A stretch of DNA of 64,000 nt, taken from Alphaproteobacteria bacterium (lineage in GTDB: Bacteria; Pseudomonadota; Alphaproteobacteria; GCA-2731375). Position 1 is the first letter of the stretch; each line of letters starts with the position of its first letter. The stretch is taken from contig CBDDPY010000002.1 in assembly GCA_965232515.1 (NCBI GenBank), positions 5,312,001 through 5,376,000 on the forward strand, read 5' to 3'. Of this stretch, positions 48,903 through 58,002 are shown in pieces. The notes beneath the pieces are model-generated. The model was not told the origin of the DNA. It made no database searches and saw only the letters and a program-made list of their open reading frames with translations. Both the position numbers and the translations under genes were made by a program.

Positions 48903-49427
48903 TCAATTACCGCCGACGCGGGCCAGTCGGTCGAGGTCATCCCAAGCCATGCGGATGCCTTCGATCAGCCGGCCGCCGACCGGTTTGCGCGTGCGCGCCG
49001 CCGCGCGGCCGTTCAGGCGTTCATAGAAACGCACCGCGCCGCTGTTCTCGGCGAAGACCCAGAGGGCGGCGCTATGGAACCCCAGTTGCGGCAACCGCCG
49101 CGCGGCCTCCGCCAATAGTCGCTGGCCGATTCCGCCGCCACGGCGGTCGGGATCGACATGCAAATTGTCGATGTAACCGGTGTTGGGATCGTCCGCGTCG
49201 GGCCAAACCGCGATGAAGCCGATGATGGCGTCCTGCTGCTCGGCGACGAGGATCAGGCCGTCCGAATGGTCCCGCGCGAACACGCCACGCCAGTGGTCCG
49301 CCGTCTCCTCCGCCAGCGCGCCGTCCATGTAAGCGTCGTCGACGATGCCGCGATAGGCGCTGCGCCAGCTCCTGACATGCAGATCGGCAATCGCCGCCGC
49401 ATCGGTCACGTTTGCGTCACGTATCAC
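48903..49427 (-). CDS. GNAT acetyltransferase
   Basis: LHVDPDRRGGGIG, N.GAVRFYERL. Confidence 0.92.
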   Translation of the reverse strand: MIRDANVTDAAAIADLHVRSWRSAYRGIVDDAYMDGALAEETADHWRGVFARDHSDGLILVAEQQDAIIGFIAVWPDADDPNTGYIDNLHVDPDRRGGGIGQRLLAEAARRLPQLGFHSAALWVFAENSGAVRFYERLNGRAAARTRKPVGGRLIEGIRMAWDDLDRLARVGGN

Positions 49428-49531
49428 CTGTTACTCCGTACTGCCGACAACACTGATGAGGCAGCTACGGAACCTAGTGGGGACCCGGCGTCCTGGTCGA
49501 GCGGTTTTTGCCGGCGGCCGCTGCCCTTAGC

Positions 49532-50686
49532 TCACCATTGGTTGTCCATGGGGAACTTGAGCACCCCATAGGGCGGCGATTTCGGCCGCTCGACGATGAT
49601 CTCCGTACCCGACAGGCTGTCCAGGAAGGCGACGACGTCGTCGATCTCGGCGTCCGTCAGGCCGAGCGGCTTGATCTTGTCGGACTTGGTGCCGAACGGC
49701 TCGTCCTCGCCGCCCTTGTTGTAGAATTCGACCACCTCGTGCAGGTCGAAGAACACGCCGTTGTGCATATAGGGCACGGTATAGGCGAGGTAGCGCAGCG
49801 GCGGCGTGCGGAACTTGCCGATGTCGGCGATGTCCTTGGTCGCGCGGAAACGGCCCGGATCGCGGTCGAGATGCAGGTAGGCCGCTTCCTCGTGCCCGGA
49901 CGAGCGCATGCGTTCGCGGAACGCGATCTGGCGCTGGGCATTTTCGGTGAAGGCGGGATTGGTGGGCAGGCCGATATTGTGGAAGTCCTGATCGGTCAGC
50001 AACGGTCCGCCATGGCAGGCGATGCAGCCGGCCTTGCCCTCGAACAGCGCTTTGCCGCGCAGCGCCGCTTCCGACATGGCGTCCGCCTCGCCGCGCATAT
50101 GGCGGTCGAACGGGCTGTCGTCCGAGATGACGGTGCGCTCATACGCCGCGATCGAGGCCAGCGCCTGGTCATAGTTCGGCGCGGCGTCCCAGACCTCCCG
50201 GAACAGGCGGACATATTCCGGGACCTGCTTCATGCGCTCCTCGGCCAGCACCTTCTTCAGGTTGCCGGCGAGCGCGCCCGAGATCGCCGAATGCGCCTGC
50301 GCCTCCATCGTCGACGCCGACGAGGTCCAGAACCAACCCTTGGTCAGATAGCCCGAGTTCACCACGGTCTGCGAGTTGCGCCAGTGCATGGTGCCGGGAT
50401 AGCCGCGGCCGAGGTCGTTGCCGTCACCCCAGCCGAGCTTCGGATCATGGCAGTCGACGCAACCGATCGACCCGTCGCCCGAGAGACGCGCGTCGAAGAA
50501 CAGGTGCTTGCCAAGGGCTATGTTCGCCTCGGTCATCGGGTTGTCCACGGGGATGGGCATGGGCGGCAGTGCGGCCAGCGGTTCGGGGCCCGCGTTGTCG
50601 GCGGCGGCGAACCGGGTGACGGCCAGCGCCGCCAGCGCGGCGAGCGCGATCGCGCCGAACAGGCTGTTGCGAAGACGTCGGGTCAT
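49532..50686 (-). CDS. Diheme cytochrome c peroxidase superfamily protein (MauG/IdrP-like)
   Basis: Signal peptide, LGKHLFFDARLS, CVDCH, CIACH, KFRTPPLR, PYMHNG...EFY. Confidence 0.92.
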   Translation of the reverse strand: MTRRLRNSLFGAIALAALAALAVTRFAAADNAGPEPLAALPPMPIPVDNPMTEANIALGKHLFFDARLSGDGSIGCVDCHDPKLGWGDGNDLGRGYPGTMHWRNSQTVVNSGYLTKGWFWTSSASTMEAQAHSAISGALAGNLKKVLAEERMKQVPEYVRLFREVWDAAPNYDQALASIAAYERTVISDDSPFDRHMRGEADAMSEAALRGKALFEGKAGCIACHGGPLLTDQDFHNIGLPTNPAFTENAQRQIAFRERMRSSGHEEAAYLHLDRDPGRFRATKDIADIGKFRTPPLRYLAYTVPYMHNGVFFDLHEVVEFYNKGGEDEPFGTKSDKIKPLGLTDAEIDDVVAFLDSLSGTEIIVERPKSPPYGVLKFPMDNQW

Positions 50687-50697
50687 GGGCGCGCTCC

Positions 50698-51459
50698 TCA
50701 CGCTTTCATGTCGAGGGACAGCTCGTGGGTCTCGCCGGCGGCGAACGTGACCTCGCGCGTGACTTCGCCGAGCAGCGGATGCCACATCACGAGCTCGTAG
50801 CTGCCGGGCGGTATGTCGCCGATATCGAAGCGGCCGTCGGCGCCCGTTGCGGCGAGATAGGGGTGGCTGGCGGTGTAGATCCAGGCCGACATCCAGTTAT
50901 GGGCGTCGCAGTCGATCTCGACCACCGTGCCCCGGCGCATCTTGAGGGTCGCCACGTCGGTCTGCCCCGCCGCCGGTTGCGCGATGTTGAACATCGTGCG
51001 CCGGGCCCGGCCGATCTGCTCGTAGGCGTGGATGTTGTGCAGCAGCGGATCGTGATTGACGACCGTGAGATCGGCGCCCTTCGCCGCGACCTGCACGAAC
51101 GGCTGGAACAGACAGGCCTTCTGATCGATCTTCGGCGTGGTCATGCCCGCGTCCCAGGGCTTGCCGGCGGCGACCTCGCGCAGGCCGACGACGCCGTCTT
51201 TCAGCGCGCCGTCATCCGTCACAGTCAGCGGATTCGGATTGACGTCGCCGACGCCGCATATGTGGGAGTCCTTCGAGATCAGCACGGCGTCCTCGGCCGG
51301 CGGCTCGCCCGTAAAGCGCAGGACGCCCGTGAGACGCGCGCCATCTTTCACGTCGGCTTCGGTATAGGCATTGCCGAGGCGCGGCAATCCAACGGCGCCG
51401 AGGGCGACAACAGCACCGCCGGCGAGGATCGCCCGGCGCCGGGTAAACGACTTGATCAC
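50698..51459 (-). CDS. Tat-exported cupredoxin-like protein with carboxypeptidase-regulatory-like domain
   Basis: TRRRAIL Tat motif, LHNIH and CDAHNWM; GTG start overlaps the upstream TGA. Confidence 0.8.
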   Translation of the reverse strand: MIKSFTRRRAILAGGAVVALGAVGLPRLGNAYTEADVKDGARLTGVLRFTGEPPAEDAVLISKDSHICGVGDVNPNPLTVTDDGALKDGVVGLREVAAGKPWDAGMTTPKIDQKACLFQPFVQVAAKGADLTVVNHDPLLHNIHAYEQIGRARRTMFNIAQPAAGQTDVATLKMRRGTVVEIDCDAHNWMSAWIYTASHPYLAATGADGRFDIGDIPPGSYELVMWHPLLGEVTREVTFAAGETHELSLDMKA

Positions 51460-52211
51460 TGCTTTTCCTCCTGCGAAGCATCCGCTTCGGTTCTGAGCGA
51501 CAAGAGATATTCGGTCAGCGCCCACAACTCGTCGTGGGAGGCCCGTCCCGCGTAGGACGGCATCGGTGAGCCGTCGAGCCCGGTATAGAAGCGCGTCCAG
51601 ATTTCTTCCGGGGAATCGCCGCCCTTGTAGCTGCCGCTCACCAGGCTGGCGGCGAAGGTGCGGCGCCGGTCGTCGCCCTTCATCGTCAACGAGGAGGGGC
51701 CGTCGCCATGGCCCGTTTCGCCGTGGCAGGCGGCGCACTGCAGTCGCTCATAGACCTCACGGCCGAGCGCGATGTCGGCGGTTTCCGGCCGCGGCGGCAC
51801 CGTGACCGGCGTGCCTTCCACATCCATCCAGGCAAACGTGCGCACGACCTCGACCAGCGCCCAGCGATCCTTCTCCGACAGGGCCGCGAAGCTTGGCATC
51901 TGCGCGCCGTTCGAGCCGGCAAGGCCGTGCGTGATCGTGTCGAACAGGTCCCGCGCGGTCGGGAACTGGCCGGTCGGCGTCGAGCGGATCTTGAACACGC
52001 CGAGCGTCAGGTTGCGCGGCCGCTGGGCCAGATACATGGCGCCGGGTCCGTTGCCGTCGCCCTCGACGCCGTGACAGACGGCGCACTCCCGGGCATAGAG
52101 CTCCTGGCCGTGCGCCAGCAGGTCCGGATCGGGCGCGGTATATTGCGCCGCCGCCGGTCCGGCGAGCGCCGCCAAGGCGGCGCCAACCAACAGAATGGAT
52201 GCACGCTTCAT
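51456..52211 (-). CDS. Diheme c-type cytochrome
   Basis: Sec signal, CAVCH, CAACH, MPSF and MPSY axial Met motifs. Confidence 0.92.
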   Translation of the reverse strand: MKRASILLVGAALAALAGPAAAQYTAPDPDLLAHGQELYARECAVCHGVEGDGNGPGAMYLAQRPRNLTLGVFKIRSTPTGQFPTARDLFDTITHGLAGSNGAQMPSFAALSEKDRWALVEVVRTFAWMDVEGTPVTVPPRPETADIALGREVYERLQCAACHGETGHGDGPSSLTMKGDDRRRTFAASLVSGSYKGGDSPEEIWTRFYTGLDGSPMPSYAGRASHDELWALTEYLLSLRTEADASQEEKQ

Positions 52212-52224
52212 GGCGGGCCTCCCG

Positions 52225-54837
52225 TCAACCGATGCTGCGTGGAATGAAGGACATGGCGGCATCGACGCTCTTCAGCGGCGTCTCGCCGGCCTTCTCGACC
52301 CGGCCCTTGCCAATCTTGTAGTTGTAGACGGCCGACACCGGATCGGTGACGGCCGAGACGACGGTGTTCGAGTTCTGGCCGGGATAGAACGCATAGGTGT
52401 AGGTGACGCCCGGCGCCACTTCGTCGGTCGGATAGGCGACCAGCGACAGCACGCCCTTGCTCGTGCGCCCGAGCTGGTCGACCACGGCGTCGTTAGTGAC
52501 GTGCACCAGGTCGCCGGCCTCAATCCCGCGGGCCTCGGCGTCGGCGTGGTTGATGAACAGCCAGTTCATCGGCCAGCGCTCGCGGATATAGGGCTTGCGC
52601 AGGTCGTCGTACATGGTCTGCCAGATGTGGTTGATCCGGCCGTTCATGACCCAGAGCTCGTCGCCCCGGGGTTTGAACTTCTCGAAGATCGGCTCGGCGA
52701 TGCGCCAGTCGCCGCGCATGAAGATCGCCCTGCCCGACTTCGTCTTGTACTTGGTGACGTTCCAGTTGTGGTTTTCGGGATCGGTGATCGTCTTGTCGTG
52801 CAGCCGGATCGTGCCGACCAGCTTGCCGTCGACCAGGCGGGCCGGAAGCTGGATGCCCGTGGTCGACAGCGCGCGCAGCTGCTCGTGGGCGGAGAGCCCA
52901 TTGGCGCGGGCGAACGCGATCAGCTTGGTATAGTCGTAATGGCCGCCCTTCGACCGCGCGGCGGCCTCTTCGAAGACTTCGTTGCCGTCCCGCCAGGCAA
53001 AGCCCTCGTAACCCATCTTGGTGGCGATCTGACCGACGATCCACCAGTCCGGCTTCGCGGAGCCGGGCGGATCGTAGAACTTGGAATAGATCCGCAGTCG
53101 CCGCTCGCCCTGCGCCCGGGTCAGGTCGGTCTCGCCCCAGGTGGCGGCCGGCAGGACCAGGTCGACATATTCGGTCAGGTCGTTCGGATAGATCTCCTGC
53201 ACCGCCAGCGCCATGCCGCCGGCATCCATCCGCGCCTTCAGCCGGGCGATGATCTCGTCGCGGTCCAGGCTGTCGACCTGGATCTCATGGCCGCGCGTCA
53301 GACCGTGGATCTTCTCCCGCAACGCCTGGCCCGAGGCCATCGACGTCACCCAGGTATGGCCGATGACATGGCAATAGCGGAGATTGCCTTCCATGGCGTG
53401 CCGGTCGAAATGTAGCGGCAGCTTCTCGCCGGTTTTCTCGCCGGTGATCGGATCGACGAAGACGTCGGTCGACTTCTTTATCGGATAGCCGGCGCCTTTC
53501 ATCATGCCGCGTTGATGGCCGCCGAGACGGCCCAGGATGCGGCCCGGCCGGCCCGAGGCGCCGTTGATCAGCGCCAGCGCCGAATACGAGCTGGTGTTGG
53601 GGAAATTGAACGACCAGTAATTGCCCTTCTCGAGAAAGAACGACGCCTTCGGCCGCAGCTTGCCGCGCGGCTTCGCCAGCATCTCCGCCGCCAGCTTCAG
53701 CTTCCCGGCCGGCACGCCGGTAATCCCGGCGGCCTTTTCCAGCGTGTAGGCGTCGTCCGCCAGGACGAACGCCTTGTAGTCCGCGAACGGGCCGCCATAG
53801 CGCTTGCGGCGCCACGAGGTCTCCTTCGCCATGTCGTCCTCGGACACCGTGTATTCGGCGATGAATTCGCGGTCCTCCCAGCCCTGTTCCAGGATGTAGC
53901 GGGCGATGGCGTTGTTCAAAACGCTGTCGGTGCCGGGCGTCAGCTGCAGGTGCAGGCCGCCCGAGCGCTTGGCATAGGCCGCCGTCGGGCTCTTGCGCGG
54001 ATTGACCTGGATGATCTTCGCGCCGCCCGGCGCCATCCATTCGGTGAACAGGATGGTGTGGTTCTCATACGGGTCCGAGCCCGAGATCATGATGACGTCG
54101 GCATCCGTCACGTCCGGATAGCCGTATGAGAAGCCGTCGACGCCCGCGTCATCGACGCCGGTGGCGTCGTTTGCCGCGGTGTTCTTGTCGTGCTCGGCGC
54201 CGGCCGGCGTGCCGATGGCGCCGTAGGCCCATTTGGTCAGGGCGTAGGTGTTCTCCCAGAACTGGTACGAGTAGTACTTGATGCCCCAGGCCTGCTCGCC
54301 CCAGGTGTCGATGGCGTAGCGGCCGAGCTCGGCCGCGATCGTCGTCGCGTCCTCCCAGGAAATCGCGTGCAGCATGCCGCGCGACCGGACCATCGGCGTT
54401 TGCAGGCGTTCGGCCGTCGGGCGTTTCGGGTTGTAGGGCTTGAGGCCGAGCGTGCCGCCCCGGACCGAGTGGTTGCCCTTGCGGTTCACCGCCGTTTCGC
54501 CGTCCGGCACGATGACGACGTGGTGCGGCTCGCCCTTGTACTGCACGATATTGTGCATGTTCGGGCTGATCCACTTGCCCGACAGCGGCCCCGTCGGGAA
54601 CTGTTCTTTGAAAGCATTTTCGTCCGGTTTCGCGCCGCCCTCGGCGTGATACGGCCAGCGGTAGACCTTGTAGGCGCAGCCGACGATGCAGTACTCGCAG
54701 GCCGTCGGCAGGACGTCGGCATTCGCCGGCGGGACCGGCACCTCGTCCACGGGCACGTCGTAGGTGCCGGTGTCGAGCGACGGCGTTCGCGCCGCCAGCA
54801 GGAACTCGCGGCGTGATTTGTCGGAGCGGTCGGTCAT
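52225..54837 (-). CDS. DMSO-reductase family molybdoenzyme large subunit, AioA/IdrA clade
   Basis: CEYCIVGC...NHSVRGG [3Fe-4S] motif, EKGNYW, GRLGGHQRG, DLVLPAA, GERRLR.Y.KFYDPPG..KPDW, NGRIN..WQT; start after GGGAGG. Confidence 0.93.
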   Translation of the reverse strand: MTDRSDKSRREFLLAARTPSLDTGTYDVPVDEVPVPPANADVLPTACEYCIVGCAYKVYRWPYHAEGGAKPDENAFKEQFPTGPLSGKWISPNMHNIVQYKGEPHHVVIVPDGETAVNRKGNHSVRGGTLGLKPYNPKRPTAERLQTPMVRSRGMLHAISWEDATTIAAELGRYAIDTWGEQAWGIKYYSYQFWENTYALTKWAYGAIGTPAGAEHDKNTAANDATGVDDAGVDGFSYGYPDVTDADVIMISGSDPYENHTILFTEWMAPGGAKIIQVNPRKSPTAAYAKRSGGLHLQLTPGTDSVLNNAIARYILEQGWEDREFIAEYTVSEDDMAKETSWRRKRYGGPFADYKAFVLADDAYTLEKAAGITGVPAGKLKLAAEMLAKPRGKLRPKASFFLEKGNYWSFNFPNTSSYSALALINGASGRPGRILGRLGGHQRGMMKGAGYPIKKSTDVFVDPITGEKTGEKLPLHFDRHAMEGNLRYCHVIGHTWVTSMASGQALREKIHGLTRGHEIQVDSLDRDEIIARLKARMDAGGMALAVQEIYPNDLTEYVDLVLPAATWGETDLTRAQGERRLRIYSKFYDPPGSAKPDWWIVGQIATKMGYEGFAWRDGNEVFEEAAARSKGGHYDYTKLIAFARANGLSAHEQLRALSTTGIQLPARLVDGKLVGTIRLHDKTITDPENHNWNVTKYKTKSGRAIFMRGDWRIAEPIFEKFKPRGDELWVMNGRINHIWQTMYDDLRKPYIRERWPMNWLFINHADAEARGIEAGDLVHVTNDAVVDQLGRTSKGVLSLVAYPTDEVAPGVTYTYAFYPGQNSNTVVSAVTDPVSAVYNYKIGKGRVEKAGETPLKSVDAAMSFIPRSIG

Positions 54838-54848
54838 TGTCGCCTCCC

Positions 54849-55445
54849 TCAACCGCGCATCAGCCGCCGGCCTGCGCCGGCCGGCTCCCGAGCGCCGTCG
54901 GCGAAGGCGCCGCCTTCCAGATTGTTGCGCTGGCCGTAGATCAGCCCGATCACGCCGATCGCGACGATGTCGTCGCCGTCCAGCCGCAGGACGATCTGGG
55001 GCAGGTTCTGCGTCGCCTGGGCATGGACGGGAATGCCGCCCTTGGTCAGATCGAAGACCGAGAAGTGCATCGGACACGGCCCCAGTGCCTTGGTGTCGTG
55101 CCGATAGCGCCCGCGCAGCGGACCGCCCATATGCGGACAGAGCGTCGAATAGGCGACGATGTCGCGAGCGGGGCCGACGCCACGGCGCGCCTCCGTGCCC
55201 AGCTTCACCAACAGGTTCGGCTGCTGCTTCAGGGGATAGGCGAAGGCGACCGGCTCGCCCTCGGCCAGCTCGGAAGCTTTCGCGATACGCAGCTCGGGAT
55301 AAATATCTCGGCTGAGGTCGGCCGCGCCGGTGGCCGCCTCGACGATATCGGCCGGCGCGAATGTCGTCGCCAGGGCGCCGCCGGCCACGCCTTTCAATGC
55401 CAGCCTGCGGCCGAAGCAGTAGTCCGATTTCGATTGGTCCGTCAT
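54849..55445 (-). CDS. Rieske [2Fe-2S] small subunit, AioB/IdrB-like, Tat signal
   Basis: GRRLALK, GVGP..DIVAYSTLCPHMG, CPMHFSVFD, ATQNLPQI, GLIYG. Confidence 0.93.
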   Translation of the reverse strand: MTDQSKSDYCFGRRLALKGVAGGALATTFAPADIVEAATGAADLSRDIYPELRIAKASELAEGEPVAFAYPLKQQPNLLVKLGTEARRGVGPARDIVAYSTLCPHMGGPLRGRYRHDTKALGPCPMHFSVFDLTKGGIPVHAQATQNLPQIVLRLDGDDIVAIGVIGLIYGQRNNLEGGAFADGAREPAGAGRRLMRG

Positions 55446-55603
55446 GACGCATCCCTCGTTCGTTTGGGTGCCGGTTCGGGGTCGTCGTCCGTTCCGCGCG
55501 CCCGCGATTGCTTCGGCCGAAGGGCCCTGATGCTGCCTAGAACGGCGCCTTATCGGGATGGGTTCGTGACTTTTGTTAACCATGTTCGCCGGCAACGAAG
55601 TCG

Positions 55604-55629
55604 TGAACTCATCGCCGGTCGGGCGCGTT
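55604..55629 (+). promoter_or_regulatory. Candidate ECF-dependent autoregulatory promoter
   Basis: TGAAC-N17-CGTT about 100 bp upstream of the ECF sigma gene. Confidence 0.5.
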
Positions 55630-55726
55630 ATATGTTGCTGGAAACCGTTTCCCGACCGTCGCGCCCACCGGCTGAATCCGGCGTTTTTGGCGCGGCGGTT
55701 TCGTGCGCTGAAAGACGTTTTCGCCA

Positions 55727-56344
55727 ATGCTGGGTTTCACCGAGGCACGCCGCCGAAAGAAGTTCGAAGCGATGACGAAACCGCATCTCGATGCCCTTTA
55801 CCGGACCGCCCGGCGCATGACCGGTCACGCGCAGACGGCCGAGGACGTGGTGCAGGAAACCTGCCTGAAGGCCTATCGCGGTCTCGACGGATTTCAGGCC
55901 GGCACCAATTACGGCGCCTGGTTGTTCCGCATCCTGACCAACACTTGCATCGACTGGCGGCGGCGTCGCGGTATCGGCGAGACCGTCGACCTGCACGCGC
56001 TGCCCGACGCCATGCTGGGCGGCGATGTCGGCTCGGCGACGCAGGACCGGCGCGAGCCCGATCCCGAGGCGCACCTGATGGTGGCGGAGTTCCGCCGCGA
56101 CGTCATGGGCGCCATCGACCGCTTGTCGCCGGAGTTGCGGATGGTCGTGCTGCTGGCCGTGTTCGAGGAGTACAGCTACGCCGAGATCGCCGAGGCCGTC
56201 GATTGCCCGATCGGCACCGTGCGCTCGCGGCTGAACCGCGGCCGCCAGCAACTGCAGGCCGAGCTTTCGGCCTATCGTACCGTCGAGTTGGTCCCGGTAT
56301 CGCCCGACCGGGCGGCCAGGGGCGGAGGCTGTGGCGAGCCATGA
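55727..56344 (+). CDS. ECF RNA polymerase sigma factor
   Basis: AEDVVQET, AWLFRIL.N, SYAEIA...IGTVRSRLNRGR. Confidence 0.95.
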   Translation: MLGFTEARRRKKFEAMTKPHLDALYRTARRMTGHAQTAEDVVQETCLKAYRGLDGFQAGTNYGAWLFRILTNTCIDWRRRRGIGETVDLHALPDAMLGGDVGSATQDRREPDPEAHLMVAEFRRDVMGAIDRLSPELRMVVLLAVFEEYSYAEIAEAVDCPIGTVRSRLNRGRQQLQAELSAYRTVELVPVSPDRAARGGGCGEP

Positions 56345-57288
56345 GCAAGATGACCTGCGAGCAGGTGCGGCAGCGCCTTTTCGACTACCTCGACGGCATC
56401 GGCGAAGCCGGCGAACGCACCGCGATCGCCGCGCATCTCGACGGTTGTCCGGCCTGCACCGCCGAGCTGCGCGCGACCGGCGGGATGGAGAAACGCATGC
56501 GACAGGCACTCGCCGGCGACCGCGCGCCGGACGGCCTTTGGGACCGGGTGATGGCGTCCATCGACGCGGACGACGGGGCCAAGCCGCGCGGCTGGCGCAC
56601 CGGCTGGCCGGCGATGGCCGTGGCGGCGGCGGTCGCCGCCCTGCTGATCGCCGTCGTCGGCCTGATCTCGCTGCCGGGGCAGCAGACGGTGCAGCCGACG
56701 GCGCTGGTGGTCGAGCCGGTGAACGACTTCATCACCTATCGCCTGAGCGGCCGGCCGCTCGACGTCGAAAGCGCCGATCCGGCGGCGCTGGCGCAATGGT
56801 TCAGCGGCAAGACCGAGGCCGGCGTGCCGCGCGATATCCCGGCCCCGGCCGGCTTCCGGCTGGTCGGCAGCCGCCTCTGCTATTTCCTCAACCGCCGGCT
56901 TGCGGCTCTGATGTATCAGTCCGAGGCCGGCTTGCTGTCGCTCTACGTCATGTCCGACCACGACATCGTCATGCCGGAAGCGCGCTTCGACGCCGCCGTC
57001 GGCCGTGCGCTGTCGAGCCATCGCGTCAACGACCACAACAGCCTGATCTGGCGCAACGACGGCCGGGTCTACGTGCTGGTCTCCGACCTGCCCAAACCCG
57101 ACATGCGCCGCTTTCTCGAAGGCATGCAGGCGGCGATGCGGGACGCGCCGGCGGGTTATCCCCGGGTCATGACGACGATGGTGGTCAGCACGACCGGCGT
57201 CAGCGCCAGCGCCGGGATGATCAATCCGGCGAAGCCGAAGCAGGCGGCGGCGAAAATCCACCCCATCACGCCGTTGGCGATGAAATAG
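56341..57288 (+). CDS. Zinc-finger (HxxxCxxC) transmembrane anti-sigma factor
   Basis: TCEQ...HLDGCPAC, one TM, periplasmic domain; ATGA overlap with the sigma gene. Confidence 0.88.
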   Translation: MSKMTCEQVRQRLFDYLDGIGEAGERTAIAAHLDGCPACTAELRATGGMEKRMRQALAGDRAPDGLWDRVMASIDADDGAKPRGWRTGWPAMAVAAAVAALLIAVVGLISLPGQQTVQPTALVVEPVNDFITYRLSGRPLDVESADPAALAQWFSGKTEAGVPRDIPAPAGFRLVGSRLCYFLNRRLAALMYQSEAGLLSLYVMSDHDIVMPEARFDAAVGRALSSHRVNDHNSLIWRNDGRVYVLVSDLPKPDMRRFLEGMQAAMRDAPAGYPRVMTTMVVSTTGVSASAGMINPAKPKQAAAKIHPITPLAMK

Positions 57289-57410
57289 TACTTCGCGTCC
57301 GGCGGACCGAGCAGGGCGTCGCGGAGGAACCAGCCCAGCACTGGGATCCGGCACAGCCATAAAATGGCCGCCGGCGGCCGTGCGCGATCCTCCGCCACGT
57401 CCGCCGCCAT
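57156..57410 (-). CDS. Small membrane protein
   Basis: RIPVLGWFLRDA..GP..AKYYF, two TM; starts 1 nt after the PCuAC stop. Confidence 0.7.
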   Translation of the reverse strand: MAADVAEDRARPPAAILWLCRIPVLGWFLRDALLGPPDAKYYFIANGVMGWIFAAACFGFAGLIIPALALTPVVLTTIVVMTRG

Positions 57411-57411
57411 G

Positions 57412-57936
57412 TCAGTTGGTCTTGTGCTTACCGTGCGACATGCCGTGCCCGGAATGGTCCATCTTACCGCCGCCCGAACCGCGCGCGCCGACCGGCTCGA
57501 CGTCGAACTCGAGATCGATCGATCCCGCTTTCTCGAAGGTCAGCGTCGCGGTCACCGGATCGCCTTCGACCAGCGGCGCTTTCAGCTGCATGAACATCAC
57601 GTGATAGCTGCCGGGCTTCAGCTCGACGGTCTCGCCGGGCGGAATCTCCAGGCCGGCGGGCAGGCGGCGCATGCGCATCACGCCGTCTTTCATGGCCATC
57701 TCGTGGATCTCGATCTTGCCGGCGAAATCGGCCGCGCCGGCGACCAGCCGGTCGGTCTCGCTGCCCATGTTCTTGATGGTCATGTAGCCGCCCCCGACCT
57801 TGGCGCCGCCGGGCGTCGCCCGCGTCCAGGGATGATCGATCGCCAGCGAACCGATCTTGTAGTCGTGCGCCATCGCGGTCGTGACAAACGCCGAGAGGCT
57901 AAGGGTCAAAGCGGTAAGGATGCGGATATAGGTCAT
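57412..57936 (-). CDS. Periplasmic copper chaperone PCu(A)C
   Basis: EIHEM......MRM...LKPGSYHVMF motif, His/Met-rich tail. Confidence 0.94.
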   Translation of the reverse strand: MTYIRILTALTLSLSAFVTTAMAHDYKIGSLAIDHPWTRATPGGAKVGGGYMTIKNMGSETDRLVAGAADFAGKIEIHEMAMKDGVMRMRRLPAGLEIPPGETVELKPGSYHVMFMQLKAPLVEGDPVTATLTFEKAGSIDLEFDVEPVGARGSGGGKMDHSGHGMSHGKHKTN

Positions 57937-58002
57937 TGCTCACTCCAATCGTCTGATCGACAGGCCAGGGCCGTCCGCGTCGGCCGCGGCGGCGTCGTCT
58001 TG

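Noticed and set aside
52225-55445. Calling the genes aioAB or idrAB outright
   Set aside because: Active-site motifs differ from AioA, and only one peroxidase is present. Phylogeny is needed.
52225-55452. 1075-aa ORF suggesting a Rieske-large subunit fusion or long N-terminal extension
   Set aside because: The first ~205 aa are an off-frame read through the Rieske gene. The real start is ATG 54837 after a GGGAGG RBS.
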